DNA from: an uncultured virus (IMG/VR IMGVR_UViG_3300030098_002223)
Lineage: Duplodnaviria; Heunggongvirae; Uroviricota; Caudoviricetes
Direction: 5' to 3' (one strand)
DNA length: 64,000 nt
IMG/VR virus record: IMGVR_UViG_3300030098_002223
Both the position numbers and the translations under genes were made by a program. The notes under the pieces are model-generated. The model was given only the letters and a program-made list of their open reading frames with translations, searched no databases and was not told the origin of the DNA. Position 1 is the stretch's first letter. Each line of letters begins with the position of its first letter. This document shows, one piece after another, positions 18,030-25,304 of this stretch.

Positions 18030-18266
18030 CTATATAAGCTTTACCCCCATACTCTTAATCTCACTGACATACACGTCACCAAGTTCAAACTCACCATAGG
18101 TGTAGTCTGACTTAACAGCACAGAACCATCGAGCGTGAGGATTCTTTGCTTCGTTCTCAGGAGCTTGGTATTTTTTTAATACTCTCCATTCAAAGCCACG
18201 TGGGCCAGTCCAGACCTCATAAGGGTCATCAGTTTTGCGAGTCTTACCACATAAGTTTTTGCTCAT
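18030..18266 (-). CDS. hypothetical early protein (78 aa)
   Basis: start corrected to MSKNLCG after the early promoter. Confidence 0.7.
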   Translation of the reverse strand: MSKNLCGKTRKTDDPYEVWTGPRGFEWRVLKKYQAPENEAKNPHARWFCAVKSDYTYGEFELGDVYVSEIKSMGVKLI

Positions 18267-18317
18267 ATTATACCAACGAGTGTGTCTATATAAAGGTTTT
18301 TTCACTCTTGTGGAAAA
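18267..18317 (-). promoter_or_regulatory. early promoter with CAC-N4-GTG operator
   Basis: TTTTCCACAAGAGTGAAAAAACCTTTATATAG...TGGTATAAT-ATG. Confidence 0.8.
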
Positions 18318-18437
18318 GCGGGGGAGAGGCCCTACTCCCCCTTGAGGTGTCCGAAAAACAAACGAGCTATTTACTGGCCTTTTTGATAATCTTATTAGTT
18401 TGTTTCTTCCAACTGCGTTTGAGTGGTTTGTCGTAGC

Positions 18438-18554
18438 TCACAGGTTGCACCCACAACAGGGAGCATCTTCACACCCACAGAGGACAATATAGTCCCCTGC
18501 GCTGTCAATACCAGAGATGACCATGTCATCTAAAATATCTAAGATGCTTTTCAC
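18438..18554 (-). CDS. Cys-rich microprotein with CEDAPCCGC motif
   Basis: manual translation from GTG; GTGA overlaps on both sides. Confidence 0.5.
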   Translation of the reverse strand: MKSILDILDDMVISGIDSAGDYIVLCGCEDAPCCGCNL

Positions 18555-18694
18555 TTTCTCACATCCTCAGCCAATCCCAAACGAATTGCTGTTAGTTGGT
18601 CCAATACTCCAGAATCAACTTGATTCTTTTGCATGGTTCTGCGTGCTACTCTTCGGAAACGGTGGGCGTTTCTCATGTCTTGGATTTTACTCAT
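18551..18694 (-). CDS. hypothetical microprotein (47 aa)
   Basis: manual translation MSKIQDMRNAHRF...; GGAG SD. Confidence 0.5.
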   Translation of the reverse strand: MSKIQDMRNAHRFRRVARRTMQKNQVDSGVLDQLTAIRLGLAEDVRK

Positions 18695-18695
18695 A

Positions 18696-18845
18696 TTACT
18701 CCATTGAACAGGCCTTTATAAAGGTTTCTCTGTCAAAGCGTGGGTTGTGCTCGGCGCACATTCCGGCGAAGTCTCGGACCATGTTAAGGTCTGCGTCATG
18801 CTTGGCTAATATTTGGGCGATAGCCCTAAAGTGTTTTCTACTCAT
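18696..18845 (-). CDS. small early protein (49 aa, NPRFDRxxF type)
   Basis: start corrected to MSRKHF after the early promoter. Confidence 0.65.
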   Translation of the reverse strand: MSRKHFRAIAQILAKHDADLNMVRDFAGMCAEHNPRFDRETFIKACSME

Positions 18846-18896
18846 AATATACCAACGGGTAGGGCTATATAAAGGTTTTTTCACGCAAGTGGAAAA
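18846..18896 (-). promoter_or_regulatory. early promoter with CAC-N4-GTG operator
   Basis: TTTTCCACTTGCGTGAAAAAACCTTTATATAG...TGGTATATT-ATG. Confidence 0.8.
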
Positions 18897-18935
18897 AGGG
18901 AGCAGGGGAAAACAATAAAACCCTGCTCTTGCTAG

Positions 18936-19061
18936 TATAAGGTCGCCCAGCTGCCCCACCACCTAGGGGTGGCCGACTCACTGGGCTGGGGTTGCGTCGC
19001 TTCGTTTAACGCTCGGGCGGGCTTATGTCACTGGCCCTTCGCCATCACTTGTCAGGCGACC
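18936..19061 (-). ncRNA. putative GC-rich structured RNA module 5 (~120 nt)
   Basis: GGUCGCC/GGCGACC terminal stem, internal GGGC/GCCC and CCACC/GGUGG helices, ACCUUAUA end. Confidence 0.6.
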
Positions 19062-19067
19062 CCTGTT

Positions 19068-19171
19068 GTTATCCCATTTAATAGAGAGTTGCTTTTTAGG
19101 CTTACAATCTAACTTGCCCTTTCCGTTGGGTGCACCTACTCCTACGGCCACATCTTACAGTCTGGGATAAC
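19068..19171 (-). ncRNA. putative structured RNA module 6 (~105 nt)
   Basis: perfect 9-bp GUUAUCCCA/UGGGAUAAC closure. Confidence 0.5.
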
Positions 19172-19180
19172 TCACGGAAT

Positions 19181-19279
19181 CTAAAGATTTTTTTCCATTT
19201 CTTTGCGTATTCTTCTTAGTGCTTTTGTATTGGCGTATATCTGTTTTAAAGATAAATGCGCCCACGGGTGTTTTGCCAT
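19181..19279 (-). CDS. basic microprotein (32 aa)
   Basis: MAKHPWAHL... directly after a TATA..TGGTATAGT promoter. Confidence 0.55.
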   Translation of the reverse strand: MAKHPWAHLSLKQIYANTKALRRIRKEMEKNL

Positions 19280-19315
19280 ACTATACCATAGAGTGACCCT
19301 ATATAAGGGTTTCTC

Positions 19316-19438
19316 TCAGTCTCCTGTCCAGAATGTTGCGAACATCTCACCTTCGCAATCTTCACACAGTCCGCCGAATAGTTCGACCTCATCAAGCCCG
19401 CAGTCCTCGCAACTGCCAAATGGTTCTCCTGTTCTCAT
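19316..19438 (-). CDS. Zn-finger microprotein (40 aa)
   Basis: CEDC...CEDC; directly after the early promoter. Confidence 0.6.
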   Translation of the reverse strand: MRTGEPFGSCEDCGLDEVELFGGLCEDCEGEMFATFWTGD

Positions 19439-19490
19439 AATATACCAACTGAGAGTGTCTATATAAAGGTTTTTTCACTTGAGTGGAAAA
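19439..19490 (-). promoter_or_regulatory. early promoter with CAC-N4-GTG operator
   Basis: TTTTCCACTCAAGTGAAAAAACCTTTATATAG...TGGTATATT-ATG. Confidence 0.8.
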
Positions 19491-19493
19491 GTT

Positions 19494-19537
19494 TTTCTCA
19501 CTTTCTCACCCACGCGGGTTTCTCACCCACGCGGGTT
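19494..19537. repeat. short tandem repeat TTTCTCACCCACGCGGG x2 plus a partial TTTCTCAC
   Basis: direct reading. Confidence 0.8.
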
Positions 19538-19890
19538 AAATCCCTCGTTTTGAGGGCCTTTATAGCTTTAGTGCTTCTGCGTATACTTCAGTAGGTAGAA
19601 TTACTTTGCAGGTATCTTGATTTAACAATTTATACCTTAGTGCTCTCACTACTGCGATTTTCGTTTTTAAATCCATTTTGCTTTACCTCCATTTTTGGGT
19701 TTAGGCTGAGGTGGCCGGAGCCACCCCATACCCCCCGTTAAAGGTCCTTAATGCTCGTGCATCTGGTCAATGATATCATGGACTATGTCAAGCATATAAC
19801 TACGGGTTATGACGTTGTCATGTCCGTATCTATTCTTTAACATTAGTTTCCAATCATCATCAGAAATTGTTATTTCGAATTTCATTTATT

Positions 19891-19998
19891 TCACCTCCAT
19901 TCCCAATTACAATCCCAACATAAGAAATCGTTGGTCATCCTAAAACGGTATAATACCGTTTGTTTCTTGCAGTGTTTGCAGTTTTTTGGTTCTTTCAT
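19891..19998 (-). CDS. Zn-finger microprotein (35 aa)
   Basis: CKHC...CWDC; GAGGT SD. Confidence 0.55.
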   Translation of the reverse strand: MKEPKNCKHCKKQTVLYRFRMTNDFLCWDCNWEWR

Positions 19999-20297
19999 TG
20001 TTTTACCTCTTTTTTTGTTAATTCGTAATTTTCGTATACGTATCCGTCGGCTTTCATTTCTTTACCTTCTTCTATTGCATCATCTATTTTTTTAGTTAGT
20101 TGTTGTAATCTTTCAATTACTTCTAAACCATATTTTCTAAGTTGGTGACCTTTCATTTCATCACCTTTGAAATCTGTGATTTCACTTAGATATTTTACAT
20201 GGGTTCTTAATTCCCAAAATGCATTTGCTTCATGTCTGTATTGGTCTTTAGACATTGGCTGACTTGTTTCGGCTCTTATCATATGTGTTCTTATCAT
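19995..20297 (-). CDS. hypothetical protein
   Basis: start moved downstream of the UCCG hairpin (MIRTH). Confidence 0.6.
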   Translation of the reverse strand: MIRTHMIRAETSQPMSKDQYRHEANAFWELRTHVKYLSEITDFKGDEMKGHQLRKYGLEVIERLQQLTKKIDDAIEEGKEMKADGYVYENYELTKKEVKQ

Positions 20298-20360
20298 ATT
20301 TTTTTTCCTACCAAATTTTTGGTTTGACTCGACCGGTCCGGAGACCGGCCGTAGCCCCAA

Positions 20361-20696
20361 TTATTTGTTCCCTCCGTATTTGTATCCCTTGTTGCCTACT
20401 CCGGCCATGCCTTGAAATTTTGGTGCCTCACCGTATTTCTGGACATGGTCCCAAACTAACTTAGCTTCATGAGCTAAGCCTTCGTATACGTTCTCAAATT
20501 CAGCCATAACTATTAGGCTGATATCTTGACCCTTTCGGGGTCTGTGTTTTGATAACCTCATTTGAGGGTCTGAGGTTATACCGTAGTATACAGCTTCTTT
20601 AGTTGCTTCGCTATCGAAATCAACATCTACGAAGTGATAAGAAGATTTTTCTTCTTGTTGGGCTAATCGATACACGAAATACTTATCTTCCTGCAT
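20361..20696 (-). CDS. GIY-YIG nuclease family protein
   Basis: YFVYRL...VYYGITSDPQMRLSKH...E. Confidence 0.7.
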   Translation of the reverse strand: MQEDKYFVYRLAQQEEKSSYHFVDVDFDSEATKEAVYYGITSDPQMRLSKHRPRKGQDISLIVMAEFENVYEGLAHEAKLVWDHVQKYGEAPKFQGMAGVGNKGYKYGGNK

Positions 20697-20887
20697 TATT
20701 TCATACCGTCCGTGACTTCATAAAAACACTCGGTGCATAACTCAGCATTGAAAACCTCACGGGTTGCCTCAGTCCAAATACCCGATGATGCACAAGACTC
20801 ACACCATATGGTGTGGTCATCCTCGATAGAGGATTCTTCATACCCTAATTGGATAAGCTCACTTTCAGTCAAATTGTTTTCCGACAT
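20696..20887 (-). CDS. Zn-finger small protein
   Basis: CESC...CTEC; first gene of the minus arm. Confidence 0.6.
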   Translation of the reverse strand: MSENNLTESELIQLGYEESSIEDDHTIWCESCASSGIWTEATREVFNAELCTECFYEVTDGMK

Positions 20888-21140
20888 ACACTCTTAACCC
20901 CATACCCCTTTATAAAGATTTTAAGCCAATTCGTGCTTAGCTCCCTTTTAGATAGCTTCAAAATACAACCCGTCCCCCGTCTAAAAAATAGGCCTCACTT
21001 CATACATTCTCTGCACTACCCCCTTAAACAAATCGAGTGAAATTTTGAACCTTCTCTATATATCTTAATATAGATATAGTAGGTATCTCTATTAACAACA
21101 ATATTAAGCTCTACTAAGCACTCCTCAGTTCGAGGACAGT

Positions 21141-21153
21141 AACCTTTATATAG
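21141..21153 (+). promoter_or_regulatory. BRE-TATA promoter of the plus arm
   Basis: AACCTTTATATAG ~24 nt before ATG 21177. Confidence 0.7.
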
Positions 21154-21176
21154 GCCAAAAGGTTAAAATATACTGT

Positions 21177-21665
21177 ATGACAAAAAGTACGCAGAACTCC
21201 ATAAAGTGGACATGTAATGAAATCAGGGATTTGCTATTAGCCAAGAACAAAGCGTATGGCGACAGTGCATTAGAACCTGACAATATTTTTAGTAAGCTCG
21301 ACTCAGCACAGGCTATCTGTGCAAGAATCGATGACAAGCTCAGCAGGATAAAGAATGTAGGGCTTAACGACAAGACAGAGGATACACTTGATGACCTCAT
21401 AGGGTATTTAATTTTGCTCAAAATTGCGCGGGAGCAAGACGGCAGCAAGGCTACATTGTGGACTAGCTGTACTTGTGTCCATGGGTGGCATAATTGTACA
21501 TGCCAAGATGGAGGCGTTTGCTCAGTAGAGCTTAATGAAGAGGATGATGGCTACGTGCCTCCATGGAGCTTAGAGCTAGAGAAAGAAGTAAGAGTCTTTG
21601 TTAGTGACCCCGGCGACGAGATGAAGCCTATTGAGAAGAATGCGGAGTTGTGTGACAATGAGTGA
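21177..21665 (+). CDS. Nucleotide-modification-associated domain 1 (DUF1599-like) protein
   Basis: KNKAYGDSA...RIDDKLSRI...EDTLDDLIGYLIL; Cys-rich C-terminal extension. Confidence 0.7.
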   Translation: MTKSTQNSIKWTCNEIRDLLLAKNKAYGDSALEPDNIFSKLDSAQAICARIDDKLSRIKNVGLNDKTEDTLDDLIGYLILLKIAREQDGSKATLWTSCTCVHGWHNCTCQDGGVCSVELNEEDDGYVPPWSLELEKEVRVFVSDPGDEMKPIEKNAELCDNE

Positions 21666-22626
21666 TTGGACAGCAAGCCATATGCGGCTAAGTCCTTCTA
21701 AGATAAATACTTATTTGAAGTGTCCCCGTGAATTTTACTACAACTATATAGCTAAGCTTCCTCAGAAAAAGACTATACATCTATTCCGTGGTACGTTGGT
21801 GCACCAGATATTAGAAGACTTGTTTAAGAAACAATTTAAAACTTTACCTCAGTGGGAGAAAGGAGTCCCAAAATTATGGGTACAACGCCAGTTCGAAGAT
21901 GGATGGGAAGAAAAGATAGCTAAACACAAATGGTTGTGGGAAGTACACACTGACGCAGAGATGGATGCGATGTACAAAGAGACAGAAGCATTACTACAGA
22001 ACTTCGTCGCCTCAGTAAATAAGAAACTTGGTGAAATGGTTGATTGGAAGATATTCAAAAACAAGCAACAGGCTTGGAATGCTGTAGCACCTAAGTATGC
22101 TGAGAAGTGGGTTAAGTCAAAAGAGTACGCTATAGTTGGAGTTATTGATGTTGTTTGTAATGATTTCGATGGTGGCACTACCTTGTTAGATTATAAGACC
22201 TCCAAAAGATATGGACCATACCTACCAGAAGAATACTACAGACAACTTATTATTTACGCTTTCCTATACACATTAGAGATGGGAGAGATGCCTAACTTCG
22301 TAGGTGTAAACTATCTACGATTTGACGATACCTTTTTTGTAAAGGTTGGTCAGTCTGAACTTGATGAGGCTAGGGACCTTATTAAGATGGTACACGACTG
22401 CATAAAGGAACGAGAGGAATATGAAGATAGATATGAACAGAAGCCGCAAAACCTGTGTAAGTGGTGTTCATTCCATAAATCACAGGGCGGCCCATGTGAT
22501 GCAGAGATACCTAAATGGGAACCCACGTTCAAGAAGCGTAAAAAAGAAAACTATTCTGACATCGATTCATCTTTAAAGAAAGATTTAGATGTAGAGTCTC
22601 AAGCCCAGTTTCCAGACTTCGATTGA
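21658..22626 (+). CDS. PD-(D/E)xK nuclease, Cas4/RecB-like with Fe-S cysteines
   Basis: LSPSKI..YLKCP, GTLVH, GVID...LDYKT, QL..Y, CKWC...C. Confidence 0.85.
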   Translation: MSDWTASHMRLSPSKINTYLKCPREFYYNYIAKLPQKKTIHLFRGTLVHQILEDLFKKQFKTLPQWEKGVPKLWVQRQFEDGWEEKIAKHKWLWEVHTDAEMDAMYKETEALLQNFVASVNKKLGEMVDWKIFKNKQQAWNAVAPKYAEKWVKSKEYAIVGVIDVVCNDFDGGTTLLDYKTSKRYGPYLPEEYYRQLIIYAFLYTLEMGEMPNFVGVNYLRFDDTFFVKVGQSELDEARDLIKMVHDCIKEREEYEDRYEQKPQNLCKWCSFHKSQGGPCDAEIPKWEPTFKKRKKENYSDIDSSLKKDLDVESQAQFPDFD

Positions 22627-22664
22627 GGGTAATCTTTAAATAGAAGCGTCATGTAAATAAATAC

Positions 22665-23672
22665 ATGGCGCGCGATGATTATGGTGCTATTTCCGTAATC
22701 TCTGATGAAGAACGAGAAGCATTAGGATTAGGAGGTAGAAAACCAGACGATGAAGAAGAAGGTCTATTTGAAACTTTAGGTAAAGCAGCTGACAAAGCAG
22801 GCGATACTAAAGTAGGACAAAAGATAGGTTCTATACTCACGGTTTTAATTCTCGCGTTTTTTGGTAGTGGTACTGGTGATATAGGTATGCTACAAGATAT
22901 TTTTGGAGGAGAAGAAGAGGAACCCATGTTAAAGGGTGGATGCATGGACCCAACTGCTATAAATTACAAACCGGATGCAGATTTTGATAACGGCAGTTGT
23001 ACTTTTCCTCCTCCTGTAAAATATGGTTGTATGGATTCATCGGCTACTAATTACGATAATCAAGCTACCCATGATAATGGTAGATGTCAATACTTAAATC
23101 AGAACGGTACAGGTAATGAAACTCAAACTAATGAAACAGTTTATGGATGTATGGACATTGAAGCTAACAATTACAATGATAGAGCCACAGAAGATGATGG
23201 TTCTTGTGACTATGAAAACGAAGAGAACCACTGTAACCATACACAGTTAGTTCTATGGAATGGGCTACAGTATGGTAACTACTCGAGGGAAGATAATACT
23301 TTAGATATATATGTCGATATGGACACTAATTGTGATGACCCTGACGAGCCTCTACCTGTGTTGGTGTATTATGACGTGGGTCACTTTTTCCTTGACGAAG
23401 AGGGAAACGAAACGACCTTAATATATGACACCTTCGTATATGGAGAGACATTCTTTAATGTGTCAGGTTGGGTTGAAGATACTCATTGGTTAAACTCAGG
23501 AGCAGAACCATATGAAGAAACGTTCGATAATTATACGGACGGCGTTTATTATTTTTATGCAAGTTTCTTAGCTGATTGGAATAATACGGGAGAATATGAA
23601 TGGGTTACAAGCATTACAAATTACCCGTACTACAGCGATGAAGATGAAGCATTTAGACTGGAGGAGGAATGA
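22665..23672 (+). CDS. Membrane-anchored acidic protein with three GCMDxxAxNY repeats
   Basis: one TM segment, three GCMD..A.NY...DNG/DDG.C repeats, many N-x-S/T sequons. Confidence 0.75.
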   Translation: MARDDYGAISVISDEEREALGLGGRKPDDEEEGLFETLGKAADKAGDTKVGQKIGSILTVLILAFFGSGTGDIGMLQDIFGGEEEEPMLKGGCMDPTAINYKPDADFDNGSCTFPPPVKYGCMDSSATNYDNQATHDNGRCQYLNQNGTGNETQTNETVYGCMDIEANNYNDRATEDDGSCDYENEENHCNHTQLVLWNGLQYGNYSREDNTLDIYVDMDTNCDDPDEPLPVLVYYDVGHFFLDEEGNETTLIYDTFVYGETFFNVSGWVEDTHWLNSGAEPYEETFDNYTDGVYYFYASFLADWNNTGEYEWVTSITNYPYYSDEDEAFRLEEE

Positions 23673-23794
23673 AGGCTAGCGAAATGCTAGTTTTAACGAA
23701 TATGTTAGGAAAAATAATCTCTGAATTGGATGATGTAAAAGCAATGATAAAAAAGAATACATTTGAAGAATCATATGGGGATGAGGAGGAGTGA
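23669..23794 (+). CDS. hypothetical (41 aa)
   Basis: manual translation MKASEMLVL...; GGAGG SD; overlaps on both sides. Confidence 0.5.
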   Translation: MKASEMLVLTNMLGKIISELDDVKAMIKKNTFEESYGDEEE

Positions 23795-24315
23795 TAGAAT
23801 GGATAGGAGTGTTAGAGATACTAGCAGTGGTAATGGCGAGCATAGCAGTTGTTATTGCTTTCGCGGTACTTGTCAATTTTGCGCGCCAAGCATTAAGACA
23901 AGTAAAACCAAAACTAGTACCTTTAAAAAAACAGAGACAGGAGAAAACACAAATGAGTAAAGAAAAAGGAGAAGGTGTAACATTTAACGATATTTTTATG
24001 TTTATGATTGCAGTACCTTTAGTATTACTCTGGGTAGGTTTTGCAGGTTTTGTTATACACAGCGGGCTGCAAGACGATTCTGTTCTTGAACAAATCGAAG
24101 GTTATACAACTTTGATAGCTATCCTAGGAGGACCAGCCCTGCTGATTATCAAAGATGCTTTAGATGTCTGGAAACAAGAACAAGCTGAGAAAACCGCATT
24201 TTATAAAGTAAAAGCACAAGCTGTTATTGATTATAATGATGCTGCTCAGAAACAATCTCAGATGATAGAAGCCAAGGCACAAGAACAAGAACATAAGATG
24301 GAGAACAAAAAATGA
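23791..24315 (+). CDS. three-TM membrane protein (holin-like topology)
   Basis: three hydrophobic segments; possible internal start at 23953. Confidence 0.65.
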   Translation: MIEWIGVLEILAVVMASIAVVIAFAVLVNFARQALRQVKPKLVPLKKQRQEKTQMSKEKGEGVTFNDIFMFMIAVPLVLLWVGFAGFVIHSGLQDDSVLEQIEGYTTLIAILGGPALLIIKDALDVWKQEQAEKTAFYKVKAQAVIDYNDAAQKQSQMIEAKAQEQEHKMENKK

Positions 24316-24470
24316 ACGACTTTGAAGGAGAAAGAGTGCTAGAACAGCTAGAAGGTATACATGAACTTCTAGCTTATCTAGTAGAAGCACTCGACACAGA
24401 GAGCTGCTGTTGCAGCGTAGAAGAAAACTGCTGTTGCAGTAAAGACAACGAATGTTGTGAGGAAGAATAA
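24312..24470 (+). CDS. Cys-cluster microprotein (52 aa)
   Basis: manual translation ...SCCCSVEENCCCSKDNECCEEE; ATGA overlap. Confidence 0.55.
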   Translation: MNDFEGERVLEQLEGIHELLAYLVEALDTESCCCSVEENCCCSKDNECCEEE

Positions 24471-24471
24471 C

Positions 24472-24735
24472 ATGGTAGAAAAAATAACAAAAGGGGAACA
24501 TTTCCACGGGAATAACCCAGATATGAAGCTATACTTCGAAAAACCAGACAAAGCTCAAATCGATGAGATGAATTACAAAAAGCCCACTACATCATTCAAA
24601 GATGTACAAAAACCAGAAGCCGCAGAAGGTAAACCTATCTATATGGATGGTTCAGACGTAATGTCTACTCCTAATGCAGATTTCATTGGTGACAAAGCAA
24701 ATTTTGCACCGGGCTCAAAACGTAATACATTATAA
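24472..24735 (+). CDS. hypothetical protein
   Basis: MVEKITKG...; SD GAGG. Confidence 0.6.
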   Translation: MVEKITKGEHFHGNNPDMKLYFEKPDKAQIDEMNYKKPTTSFKDVQKPEAAEGKPIYMDGSDVMSTPNADFIGDKANFAPGSKRNTL

Positions 24736-24860
24736 ACTGAGTAATCTTTATATAGTAGGCTGTCCTACTATGTATAGGCTCTCGCTGTAGGGCCATGGCA
24801 TCACAGGATTCTTATCGCAAGTGTCTTTGTGAGAGCCCCCAAATATGGAGATATCAACAT

Positions 24861-25304
24861 ATGAACAATACAAATAATGAAACAGCTGGAAATGAGACAG
24901 CAACTAACGAAACCTCTGATGATGGTAACGTTACTGCAATCATCGACACTGTAAAAGAGTCTGGAATGTTAGACACAATAATGGATGAACCATTACTAAT
25001 GGCACTTTGTGCTGTTGTATTAGGTATGGGTGGTTATATCGCTTATACTGTACCAGCAGTCAAAGAATTAGTTTTTAAATATATTAAGAACAATGAAGCT
25101 GAGTTAATGGACATGCTAGATAAAAATCTAACAAAAGCCCAGATGAAAGCTTTTGAAAAGCTAGACGAACAAGCGCAAAAGCACGTCAAAGATTCTTTAG
25201 TCCGAAATGTACTAATTACAGCTTGGGACGAGAAAGATGACGAGCTAGCAAGCCTTGTAAAATCTAAAGTCAAAGCAGCCCTCGATGAAGGGAAAGAGCT
25301 TTGA
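24861..25304 (+). CDS. single-TM protein with sequon-rich N-terminus
   Basis: GGAG SD before ATG 24861; NNT/NET/NVT sequons, TM helix, helical C-terminus. Confidence 0.7.
   Translation: MNNTNNETAGNETATNETSDDGNVTAIIDTVKESGMLDTIMDEPLLMALCAVVLGMGGYIAYTVPAVKELVFKYIKNNEAELMDMLDKNLTKAQMKAFEKLDEQAQKHVKDSLVRNVLITAWDEKDDELASLVKSKVKAALDEGKEL

Noticed and set aside
18517..18918. Plus-strand ORFs in the early region and antisense ORFs in the structural arm
   Set aside because: They are shadows of the promoter-supported genes on the opposite strand and have no SD or recognisable motifs.
18941..19061. 5S rRNA (about 120 nt, terminal stem)
   Set aside because: Conserved 5S motifs (CCGAAC loop C, loop E AGUA) are not found.
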